Source: Gemmatimonadota bacterium
GTDB lineage: Bacteria; Gemmatimonadota; Gemmatimonadetes; Palauibacterales; Palauibacteraceae
DNA length: 33,608 nucleotides
Direction: 5' to 3'
NCBI GenBank assembly: GCA_023554435.1
Contig: JAMJQV010000253.1
Coordinates: forward strand, 1 to 33,608
A program made the translations under genes and the position numbers. Shown in pieces: positions 1 to 10,272 of this stretch. How positions within the stretch are numbered: the first letter of the stretch is position 1; each line of letters opens with the position of its first letter. Below the pieces are notes generated by a model. It did not search any database. It worked only from the letters and a program-made list of their open reading frames with translations, and was not told where the DNA came from.

Positions 1-2485
<2,485 letters not shown>

Positions 2486-2541
2486 TCTATCTCCGTTCTC
2501 TATGCAGCCGCTGCGTCGGGCGGCCAGAAGCTACCCGACCA

Positions 2542-4311
2542 CTATTCCTTTGACAACTCGACGGGGGATGGCTCGGGAAGCACCCCGCGATCGGCGAGGT
2601 ATTGAGCCAGGGCTCGCCTCATCTCGTCGCCGCTCTCCAGTCGATCCAACTTTCGCATGAGCTTGCCGAGTTCCTTGGCCGAGACATTGCGAATCAGCTC
2701 TCGAATCTCGGGCAGTCCGCGAACGGAAACGCTGAACTTGCGATACCCGAGTCCGAGGAGAGCGGCCACCCCCAGAGGATCGCCCGACAGTTCCCCGCAT
2801 ACGCTGAGGTCGAGCCCGTACCGAGCGCTTTCCTTCACGACGCGACGGTACATCCGTACGAGCGCCGGGTGCAGTGGGTCGTACAGCTTGCCTACTTTCG
2901 CGTTCCCGCGATCCGCGGCAAGAACATACTGGGTCAGGTCGTTGGTTCCGAGACTGACGAAGTCGACGTATGGAGCCAGAAGGTCCAGGGTCTCCACGGC
3001 AGCCGGGGTCTCGACCATGACACCCAGCGGAATCCGAATCCCTGACCCGGTGAGTCCAAGCGATGCGTATGTCTCGGTCAGCAAGTCGCGCGAGCGCCGC
3101 ATTTCCTCCACCGTCGAAACGAACGGAATGAGGAGCCGCAAGTTGCCGCTCTCGGATGCTCGCACCGCCGCTCTCAACTGGTTGCGAAACAGCTCCGGCA
3201 TGTCGAGGCAGATGCGAATCGCCCGCCAGCCCAGGTACGGGTTGTCTTCAGGCGGCAAGTGCAGGAACAGCGGGAACTTGTCACCGCCGATGTCGAACGT
3301 GCGGAGGGTTACTTCTCGGCCGGGGAAGGCCTCGACCACGCCTTGATAGGCCTCGAACTGGTCTTCCTCCGTGGGGATTTCCCGCCTTCCGATCGCCAGG
3401 AACTCTGACCGAAATAGCCCCACGCCCTCCGCTCCCAGGCGCAGAGCATCCACCGCCTCGTGGGGAAGATCCAGATTGGCCTGCACGACCGTGTGCACGC
3501 CGTCCATCGTCTTCGTCGGCTTGCCGGCAACCCTTTGCAGGGCCTCTCTCCGATGCGTTGCCTGCGCGACCGCCCGGTGAAACCCCTCCACTTCTTGCGG
3601 GCTGGGGTTGATTCGAATCTCCCCCGTTCGCCCGTCGACCAACAAGCGGTCAGCGTCTTCAATCGACTCCAGTGCGGCCCCCACAGCCACGACAACGGGG
3701 ATCCCCAGGGCCCTGGCCAGGATGACCCCATGCGCACCGCGGGACCCTCCAGAGAGGACCACGCCGAGGACTCGCTCCGGATCGAGACGCGCTGCGATAC
3801 TGGGAGGCAGCTCGTCGCCGACAAGAATCGAAGGTTCCTCGCCCTCGGTCACCAGATCAGACGGATCGCCGTGCCCCAGCAGGTGGGACAGAACGCGCAG
3901 GCGCACGTCATGGAGATCGGCGAGGCGGTCCACGAGCATGGCATGCGCCGACTCCTGCATCCGGATTCGCATCTCGAGGGCCTGCCAGTCGAAGGCCCTC
4001 TCGGCGCACACGAAATTGTCGCGAATGTAGGAAAGGGTGCCCCGGATCAGGTCCGGGTCTTCGATCATCATGGCCTGTGACTCGAAGACCTTTCCTTCGA
4101 ACGGACCGATCCGGTGGGTCGTCTCGGCCTGCAGGCGCGACACGTGCTCGAGGGCCCGGGCCCTCGCCTGCCCAAAGCGCTCGACCTCGCTCTCGACCTC
4201 GTCCGGGTTGATCGTCCGGTGCGACACGAGGGGAATGTTCCAGTCGATCCAGCGGACCGGGCCCAACGCTCTGCCGGCCGACGCGCCCATTCCTTCAAGG
4301 ATTCGCGACAT
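2542..4311 (-). CDS. ptsI: phosphoenolpyruvate-protein phosphotransferase (PTS Enzyme I)
   Basis: The ORF track gives 2542..4359. The sequence has EI landmarks: the N-terminal MSRILEGMGASAGRALGPV, the GGSRGAHGVILARALGIPVV phospho-His region, and the C-terminal PEP-utilising FFSIGTNDLTQY-like FVSLGTNDLTQYVLA. I place the start at ATG 4311-4309, 1 nt after the ptsH stop. The upstream ATG at 4359 would overlap ptsH by 47 nt. Confidence 0.92.
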   Translation of the reverse strand: MSRILEGMGASAGRALGPVRWIDWNIPLVSHRTINPDEVESEVERFGQARARALEHVSRLQAETTHRIGPFEGKVFESQAMMIEDPDLIRGTLSYIRDNFVCAERAFDWQALEMRIRMQESAHAMLVDRLADLHDVRLRVLSHLLGHGDPSDLVTEGEEPSILVGDELPPSIAARLDPERVLGVVLSGGSRGAHGVILARALGIPVVVAVGAALESIEDADRLLVDGRTGEIRINPSPQEVEGFHRAVAQATHRREALQRVAGKPTKTMDGVHTVVQANLDLPHEAVDALRLGAEGVGLFRSEFLAIGRREIPTEEDQFEAYQGVVEAFPGREVTLRTFDIGGDKFPLFLHLPPEDNPYLGWRAIRICLDMPELFRNQLRAAVRASESGNLRLLIPFVSTVEEMRRSRDLLTETYASLGLTGSGIRIPLGVMVETPAAVETLDLLAPYVDFVSLGTNDLTQYVLAADRGNAKVGKLYDPLHPALVRMYRRVVKESARYGLDLSVCGELSGDPLGVAALLGLGYRKFSVSVRGLPEIRELIRNVSAKELGKLMRKLDRLESGDEMRRALAQYLADRGVLPEPSPVELSKE

Positions 4312-4312
4312 G

Positions 4313-4642
4313 TCAGTTCTCGATCTCGTAGTCCGACTCGGTCTCCCCGAATCGCTCACTCACCAGTGTCGCCAGGGCCTCCAGGGCCTCATCTGCATCA
4401 TCTCCCACGGCCCGGAGCTTCAGGGTCGACCCACATTCGGCCGCCAGCATCATCACCCCCATGATGCTCTTCCCGTTCACCTCCAGACCTTCCTTCTCAA
4501 CCGTGACCTTGGCCTTGAAGGTGGACGACAGCTTCACGAATTCGGCGGCCGGCCTCGCGTGGAGTCCGTAGCGATTCAAGATGACGACGATCCGCTCGAC
4601 CTGACCTCCATTGCCCTTCTCCAGCCGACCCGACTCGGTCAT
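4313..4642 (-). CDS. ptsH: phosphocarrier protein HPr
   Basis: 109-aa ORF containing NRYGLHARPAAEF (His15-type site) and NGKSIMGVMML (Ser46-type HprK site). It carries about 14 extra N-terminal residues relative to typical 88-aa HPr, so the true start could be the in-frame GTG near 4600. Confidence 0.9.
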   Translation of the reverse strand: MTESGRLEKGNGGQVERIVVILNRYGLHARPAAEFVKLSSTFKAKVTVEKEGLEVNGKSIMGVMMLAAECGSTLKLRAVGDDADEALEALATLVSERFGETESDYEIEN

Positions 4643-4646
4643 TGGC

Positions 4647-5402
4647 TCACCCTACCAGTCCGCCGACGAGCCACAGAAGAGGCGCAATCACCAGCAGCAC
4701 CGTCGCCAGGCGCCCTCCTTGCCTCGGAAACCGGAAGGCCAGAAGCGCCCCCACGACCCCAATCCCGAGGAGTGCCGCCGGCGCCAGAGAGAGTGCCGCT
4801 TGCTCGACAACCGCGGCGGCCAGCAGGAGGGTGACTGCCCCCGTCAGGAGAATGTTCAGCGGCCAGATCTTCTCTGCCCATCGCTCGAGCCATGCGCCAT
4901 TGAGCAGGCGGCCCACCTCGAGGCCGGCTTGCCACCCCGTGATGTACGCCCATGCCCGGACCGCTATGTGCCCCACATTGTAGAGCACGAGGAAGCCGGC
5001 CACGCTCCACCCGGGAGACGCACCGAGCAGGAAGGCCATTATGCCCACCAGGGCGCACACCGGTCTCCACTGACCCCACACCGCCCGGTCTCCCACGGTG
5101 CCCAGGGGACCACGCAGGGCCAGGCGGAACTTGTCGATCGTGGCGGGATCCACCTCGTCCTGCTCGAGACGCCCCAAAGCCGCCACCGCCATCGCGCACA
5201 GATAGGGGTGCCCATTGAAGGGCCTCATTGAGCGCTCTACCGACTCCCGCAGTCGAACGGGGTCGCCCGCATAGATCCGCCTGAGCAAAGGCAGCAGGGC
5301 ATACGCCACTCCGGTACCGACCATCGTCGTGTAGTTCCAGGACCCCTGGACAGCGAAGGTCCGCGACCAGGCCGCGAAATGATCCGATCGCAGGGGCTTC
5401 AC
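4647..5402 (-). CDS. PTS mannose/fructose/sorbose-family EIID component
   Basis: The ORF track gives 4647..5462. It contains FAVQGSWNYTTMVGTGVAYALLP (an IID-type SWNY motif) plus hydrophobic TM stretches. I place the start at GTG 5402-5400, which overlaps the EIIC stop TGA 5401-5399 (GTGA). The ATG at 5462 would overlap EIIC by 64 nt. Confidence 0.82.
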   Translation of the reverse strand: MKPLRSDHFAAWSRTFAVQGSWNYTTMVGTGVAYALLPLLRRIYAGDPVRLRESVERSMRPFNGHPYLCAMAVAALGRLEQDEVDPATIDKFRLALRGPLGTVGDRAVWGQWRPVCALVGIMAFLLGASPGWSVAGFLVLYNVGHIAVRAWAYITGWQAGLEVGRLLNGAWLERWAEKIWPLNILLTGAVTLLLAAAVVEQAALSLAPAALLGIGVVGALLAFRFPRQGGRLATVLLVIAPLLWLVGGLVG

Positions 5403-6103
5403 GTGAGACCTCCCAGGATCAAGAGCAGGCCGAGTCCCGCCCCGACGAGGATGAGGGGCCACCCACGCACACCAAAAGCCGACGACCGGCCCGCGGCCCC
5501 CGCGGAGGCAGCCAAACCGAGCACCAGCGAGGCAACGGCGTACCGACCAAGGCTCGACGGACCGGTCCCGACCACGAGGGTCACGACCAGCATCGAAGGA
5601 ACCAGGAATGCGGCCACCAGGATCGCCCCACGCAAGCCGTCGAGCCAGATAGCCACCCGATGGCGCTGCTCGAGCAGGCCCGGGTCAGCGGCCAGTTCAC
5701 CCGCCGGACTCATGATCCGCTCATTGAGACGTCTTCTGACATGCACGGTCACCGCGCCAATCCATCCCAGTGCCCAACCCAGAGCAACGGAGAGGAGCAA
5801 GGCGCCCATGGCGGCGCCACCCGAGGCGGCGTAGGACGCACCCGCAACGAGGCCGGCGGGGCCCGTATCGGGGTACTTGGCCGCGCCGAACGGCGGGTGC
5901 CGCAATGCATAGACCTCGAGAACGGCGCCAACGAGCATTCCGGCTACCGGATTGCCCATGAGCCAGCCACCGACTGTAGCCGAGACCAGGGGTCGAGAGA
6001 CCATGACCTGGGGCCACGACACCGCGTCCATGCCCAGTAAGCCTCCACCGAGCACCGCCAGGAGCCACGTTCCTGGACCGAGAGAGAGCTCACTCCAGGA
6101 CAT
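5399..6103 (-). CDS. PTS mannose/fructose/sorbose-family EIIC component
   Basis: Polytopic membrane ORF with LLGMDAVSWPQVMVSRPLVSATVGGWLMGNPVAGMLVGAVLEVYAL, resembling the ManY/IIC family. It sits between IIB and IID. The ATG at 6103-6101 is preceded by an in-frame TTG at 6106 and overlaps the IIB end by 14 nt. Confidence 0.8.
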   Translation of the reverse strand: MSWSELSLGPGTWLLAVLGGGLLGMDAVSWPQVMVSRPLVSATVGGWLMGNPVAGMLVGAVLEVYALRHPPFGAAKYPDTGPAGLVAGASYAASGGAAMGALLLSVALGWALGWIGAVTVHVRRRLNERIMSPAGELAADPGLLEQRHRVAIWLDGLRGAILVAAFLVPSMLVVTLVVGTGPSSLGRYAVASLVLGLAASAGAAGRSSAFGVRGWPLILVGAGLGLLLILGGLT

Positions 6104-6578
6104 CAACCAGCTCCTCCAGGCCGACTTCCCGCCCCGCGGGCAGGTCCCGAGCCGTGACTCCCGACGAGAACGCGTGTATGGCCTTCAGGTCCTCCTCTTC
6201 GCCAGGGTCGAGGTGGACATACGTCAGGACTCGGCGCCTCGAGCCGGTCGCGTGCAGACCGCCAAGATTGACCCTCTTCCCCGACAGGAGTCCCGCCTCC
6301 CCGAGCGCCCGCATATCCTCCGTGCCCCGGGTGAGAAGGGCCCCCCTACCCTCCCGGGAGTCCAACTCAGAGAAGCGCTGCACGGTTTCTGCCACGGAGA
6401 CGAAGTCGACCGCCGTCCGGTCGGCCAGACCGGCACTGTAGATGTCCTGCTCCCAATCACTGCCCGCCAGGTCATCATCCACGACCACGTAGTAGTCGAT
6501 GCCCAGTCGCATGCCCCAACCCACGATCACCTGGCCGTGGAGAAGTCGTTCGTCAATGCGAAACAGTACGAGGGTCAC
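6090..6578 (-). CDS. PTS mannose-family EIIB component
   Basis: The C-terminal 163 aa of ORF 6090..6917 read VTLVLFRIDERLLHGQVIVGWG, the IIB-Man phospho-His motif RIDxRLxHGQV. I place the start at GTG 6578-6576, which overlaps the EIIA stop TGA 6577-6575. The upstream 112 aa of the ORF are Arg/Gly-rich and overlap EIIA out of frame, so I treat them as spurious. Confidence 0.88.
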   Translation of the reverse strand: MTLVLFRIDERLLHGQVIVGWGMRLGIDYYVVVDDDLAGSDWEQDIYSAGLADRTAVDFVSVAETVQRFSELDSREGRGALLTRGTEDMRALGEAGLLSGKRVNLGGLHATGSRRRVLTYVHLDPGEEEDLKAIHAFSSGVTARDLPAGREVGLEELVDVLE

Positions 6579-6964
6579 GACGAGTCGTCCGCCAGATATG
6601 CCACCGTACCGGCGTGGCCTTTCTCCACGGCTCGTCGGGCGAGTTCGGCCGAACCCAGGTCCCGATGAAATACGAAATCCAGGAGCATGGGAAGGCTGAC
6701 GCCGGATACTACCGGGGCGCCGACCCCCTCCGCGCCTACGATCCGGGCAGCATGAGCGCAACTTCCGCTCGCGAGGTCGACAAAGACGAGAGCCTCGCCC
6801 GGCCCCACTGCATCCCTGATCCTCGCCGCCAACACGTCGGGAGAACAGCCCGTGTTGCTGATCGGCAGCAACACACCCACGACGCCCGAAATGGACTCGG
6901 TCGTCTCGACGAGACACCGGGCCAGGTTGCCGTGAGCCACCACGACACCCCGGACCTCACTCAT
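6575..6964 (-). CDS. PTS mannose-family EIIA component
   Basis: 129-aa ORF MSEVRGVVVAHGNLARCLVETTESISG...VFVDLASGSC, with the EIIA-Man fold pattern and a His near residue 11. ATG 6964-6962 overlaps the hprK stop (ATGAGTGA). Confidence 0.85.
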   Translation of the reverse strand: MSEVRGVVVAHGNLARCLVETTESISGVVGVLLPISNTGCSPDVLAARIRDAVGPGEALVFVDLASGSCAHAARIVGAEGVGAPVVSGVSLPMLLDFVFHRDLGSAELARRAVEKGHAGTVAYLADDSS

Positions 6965-7916
6965 AGTCCTCCTCGAGGTACTCCTTCACGGGCTGCATCA
7001 GGAGACGCAGATTCTGCTCGAACATCCGGGCGCTGTCGACCCCGGCGTAGCGGAGGAGGTGGTCCATCGCCACTACCTCGCTGATCACCGTGATGTTCTT
7101 GCCGGGATTCAGAGGTATCACGACCCTCGGAATCGTGGTGTCCAGAATATCAGTCGTGTCCCGCTCGAGCCCGGTCCGATCGTAGCTGGCGCTCTGTCTC
7201 CAGTGCTCCAACTGCACAACGACCTCGATACGCTTCTGCTGCCGCACCGCTCGCACGCCGAACAGGGCTCTCACATCGATGATCCCGATCCCTCGGATCT
7301 CCATGTGGTGCTGCTGGTGCTCATGGGCCTGCCCGATGAGAACATCGAAGCCCCTCCGTCTCACCAGAACCACATCGTCGGCGACGAGCCGGTGTCCCCT
7401 CTCCACGAGATCCAGAACGCACTCGCTCTTTCCGATGCCGCTCGCTCCGACGAAGAGCAGACCTACCCCATACACATCCGCGAGAGACCCGTGAATGGCC
7501 GTGGACGGGGCGAACTCCTCTTCCAGAAAGGGCTTGATGCGACGATAGAACTCACCGGTCTTGAGCTGCGACCGAATGACCGGGATTGATCGTTCCTCCG
7601 CGAGATCCAGGAGCTCCCGTGGGGGCTCCAGCCCCTTGGTCACGAAGACCACCGGCACCTCGGTGCCAAGGAACTCGCCGAGTACCTCTCGCCGGCGGTC
7701 GGCAGCCATCGACCGGAGGTACATCACCTCGGTCTCGCCCAGTACCTGCATACGACGGCTCGGAAAACGGTCCGTGAAGCCAGCCAGGACCAGTCCAGGG
7801 CTGGAGATGTCGGAACTCGTGATTTCCCGCTCGAGGCCACCCTGTCCGGCGGCCAGCGTGAGGTCGAGGCTATTCTGTCTCTGCTCGAACAAGTCAGCGA
7901 CGTGCAATATGCTCAC
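6957..7916 (-). CDS. hprK: HPr kinase/phosphorylase
   Basis: 319-aa ORF with the Walker A motif GASGIGKSECVLDLVERGHRLVADDVV and the signature MEIRGIGIIDV. The GTG start at 7916-7914 overlaps the hpf stop (GTGA). Confidence 0.93.
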   Translation of the reverse strand: MSILHVADLFEQRQNSLDLTLAAGQGGLEREITSSDISSPGLVLAGFTDRFPSRRMQVLGETEVMYLRSMAADRRREVLGEFLGTEVPVVFVTKGLEPPRELLDLAEERSIPVIRSQLKTGEFYRRIKPFLEEEFAPSTAIHGSLADVYGVGLLFVGASGIGKSECVLDLVERGHRLVADDVVLVRRRGFDVLIGQAHEHQQHHMEIRGIGIIDVRALFGVRAVRQQKRIEVVVQLEHWRQSASYDRTGLERDTTDILDTTIPRVVIPLNPGKNITVISEVVAMDHLLRYAGVDSARMFEQNLRLLMQPVKEYLEEDYE

Positions 7917-8248
7917 GACTCATCGTTCTCCATGGCGACCACCGGAATCTCGGGGACGGCCTTGTGATCTCGCACCTTCTCCCGGCGGCTCTTGAGCTGC
8001 CTGGACAGCTTCTCGTACACGCGGTCAATCGCCGTGCGGAAGTCCCCCGACTCCGCCCCGCCGTGGACTCCGGGTCCCCGTCGGGTCACCACGTTGGCCT
8101 CGATCCGGCATCGTTTCTTCTCTTCCGACAGGGTCACTTCGATGCGGGAGACGTCGTCGAACCGGTCGAGTCGCTCGAAGCGTTCCTCGAGGTGCTCTCT
8201 CAGGCTGTCAGCGAGTTCCACGTGCCTTCCAGAGATGATGATCTGCAT
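7913..8248 (-). CDS. hpf: ribosome hibernation promoting factor (short HPF/RaiA, sigma-54 modulation protein family)
   Basis: 111-aa ORF MQIIISGRHVELADSLREHLEERFERLDRF...VYEKLSRQLKSRREK, the typical HPF pattern. A strong GGAGG lies upstream of ATG 8248. Confidence 0.9.
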   Translation of the reverse strand: MQIIISGRHVELADSLREHLEERFERLDRFDDVSRIEVTLSEEKKRCRIEANVVTRRGPGVHGGAESGDFRTAIDRVYEKLSRQLKSRREKVRDHKAVPEIPVVAMENDES

Positions 8249-8260
8249 CGACTCCCTCCT

Positions 8261-9367
8261 CTATCGTGAAGCGGACATCTGCAAGATACCCTCCAAATCG
8301 TCCGTAGTCGCCTCCCAGGTGAAACGCTGCGAGTGTTCCAGGGCTCGAGTTCCCAATTGCTCCCGAAGATCCGCATCCTCCAGAAGCCGCCTGAGGGCCT
8401 TCGCCCAGGCATCTACGTCGTGATGCTCCACCAGAAAACCGGTCTGGCCGTCGAGGACCGATTCCCGCAATCCCGGTGCGTCGCTCGCCACGGATGGCGT
8501 TGCGCACGCCGCTGCCTCGACATTGGTAATGCCCCAGCCCTCCTTAGGCGACGGGTACACGTTAACCCAGGTCGACCGCAGGATTCGCACTTTCTCCTCC
8601 TCCGAGACGAACCCCCGAAAACTGACGCGGTCCCCCAGGTTCAGGCCCTGCGCTGCCCGCTCGAGACGAGACGCATCGTCTCCCTGGCCCACGACCAGGA
8701 ATTTCACGTCCATACCCTCCCCCGCGAGCTTAGCCACGGCTCTCAGAACCAGGTCGATTCCCTTGTAGCGACGGAGCCTTCCAACGTAAGCGACCGTCGG
8801 CTCCGGGGCCCGGTGAATGGAGGGCGTGAATATCTCGTGATCGATCCCAGGATAGCTGATGTGAATCCGCTCGGCCGGGAAACCTCGCGCCTCCAGATCC
8901 GCCGCCGTGCTGTCCGAGATGACTACGAAGTCACGATCAGCGTATACGGACGGCATCAGCCGCTCGGCGCTCCAGACCGTGGCGGCAACGGGGAAGCTCT
9001 CCTGTTGAAACGCCGTGGAGCCGAACAGATGAGGAACCAGGCCGACCACTGGCAGGCCCGTCCACACAGGAGTGAAGAGCGGGAGTTTGTTGATGTCCTC
9101 CACCAGGACATCGAACGGCTCCTGTCCGGCCGTGACGGCTCGAAAGCCGGATCGCACGTGCAGTGGGAACGTATAGCGACTGCCCCGTCGGACGACCCGC
9201 ATTCCATCCACCACATCCTCGGCAGGAGCGCCGTCCCAACCGGAAACCAGCAGACTGACCTGATGCCCACGAGAGGCCATCCTGCCGAAGATTTCATGCA
9301 GGTGCACCTCGGCTCCGCCCGCCTCCGGGTTGAGCCGGTCCTGCCAGTTGACGACCAGAATTCGCAA
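8261..9367 (-). CDS. family 4 glycosyltransferase (GT4, GT-B fold)
   Basis: 368-aa ORF. The N-terminus MRILVVNWQDRLNPEAGGAEVHLHEI and the C-terminal EGWGITNVEAAACATPSV (E-x7-E) are typical of GT4. The start is TTG, with GGAG 6 nt upstream. Confidence 0.85.
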   Translation of the reverse strand: MRILVVNWQDRLNPEAGGAEVHLHEIFGRMASRGHQVSLLVSGWDGAPAEDVVDGMRVVRRGSRYTFPLHVRSGFRAVTAGQEPFDVLVEDINKLPLFTPVWTGLPVVGLVPHLFGSTAFQQESFPVAATVWSAERLMPSVYADRDFVVISDSTAADLEARGFPAERIHISYPGIDHEIFTPSIHRAPEPTVAYVGRLRRYKGIDLVLRAVAKLAGEGMDVKFLVVGQGDDASRLERAAQGLNLGDRVSFRGFVSEEEKVRILRSTWVNVYPSPKEGWGITNVEAAACATPSVASDAPGLRESVLDGQTGFLVEHHDVDAWAKALRRLLEDADLREQLGTRALEHSQRFTWEATTDDLEGILQMSASR

Positions 9368-9382
9368 TGGGCTCCGGCCGCT

Positions 9383-9805
9383 TCAGGGAGTAATGGTCTG
9401 TCGCCCCACGGCATCCAGCACACCGTTGACGAAACCGGGAGTGTCGTCGCTGCCGTACCTCTCCGCCAGCCGGATGGCCTCATGGATCGCTACCCTGTGC
9501 GGGACGTCATCCACCGCCATCATCTCGGCCGTTGCGATCCGCAAGATATTCCTGTCGATGGCCGACAGACGATCCAGTCGCCAGTTGGGCATACAGGCTT
9601 CGATTTGGGCGTCGCACGCTTCCAAGTGCTCATCCAGCACCAGCAGGAGCTGATCGATATATGGCCGGTAGCGTGGGCTGACCGCCCTGCCACGGAGCGC
9701 CTCCCGAGCCCACTCGCGGACTGACCCCTCCCCGGCCATGTCCCAACCGTACATGACCTGGAGCACCCAGCTCCGTGCCCTGGATCTCGGATTCGCGGTC
9801 CTCAT
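9383..9805 (-). CDS. nusB: transcription antitermination factor NusB
   Basis: The C-terminal 140 aa of ORF 9383..10222 read RSRARSWVLQVMYGWD...LDRLSAIDRNILRIATAEM...HEAIRLAERYGSDDTPGFVNGVLD, which matches the NusB family. ATG 9805-9803 overlaps the ribH stop (ATGA). This is the conserved ribH-nusB pairing. Confidence 0.9.
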   Translation of the reverse strand: MRTANPRSRARSWVLQVMYGWDMAGEGSVREWAREALRGRAVSPRYRPYIDQLLLVLDEHLEACDAQIEACMPNWRLDRLSAIDRNILRIATAEMMAVDDVPHRVAIHEAIRLAERYGSDDTPGFVNGVLDAVGRQTITP

Positions 9806-10272
9806 CGCAGCCGGGCTGCGAGATCGCACATCTCGAGAACGGCCAGCGTCGCTTCCTCGCCCTTGTTCCCCTTGTCGCCTCCGGCCCTGGCAACAGCCTG
9901 CGCTGCGTCGTCGGTCGTCAAGAGGCCAAATCCGATGGGAACACCCGATTCGCGGGTCAGTTCCTGGAGGCCCACCGTCGCCCCCATGGAAACATACTCG
10001 AAATGAGGCGTCTCTCCGCGGATCACACAGCCGAGCGCTACGACTCCGTCGTAGTTCCCTTTCGCGAGCGCGAGACGAACGCCGAGCGGCAGTTCCCACG
10101 CGCCCGGCACGTGCACCACGTCGACATTGGCGGCATCGACCCCCTCCGTCGCGAGGCAATCGAGCGCCGCCTTCTCCATGCTGCCCGTGACCGGCTCGTT
10201 GAACCGGCTGACCACGAGGCAAATCCGCAGGTCCGCCCTCCGCGACGCGGCCTCCGTCTCGCTCTCGACCAT
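9802..10272 (-). CDS. ribH: 6,7-dimethyl-8-ribityllumazine synthase
   Basis: The ORF contains RICLVVSRFNEPVTGSM, HVPGAWELP and GCVIRGETPHFEYV, all lumazine synthase motifs. The start is either ATG 10272 or the in-frame GTG 10275 (GTGATG overlapping the ribBA stop). Confidence 0.95.
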   Translation of the reverse strand: MVESETEAASRRADLRICLVVSRFNEPVTGSMEKAALDCLATEGVDAANVDVVHVPGAWELPLGVRLALAKGNYDGVVALGCVIRGETPHFEYVSMGATVGLQELTRESGVPIGFGLLTTDDAAQAVARAGGDKGNKGEEATLAVLEMCDLAARLR

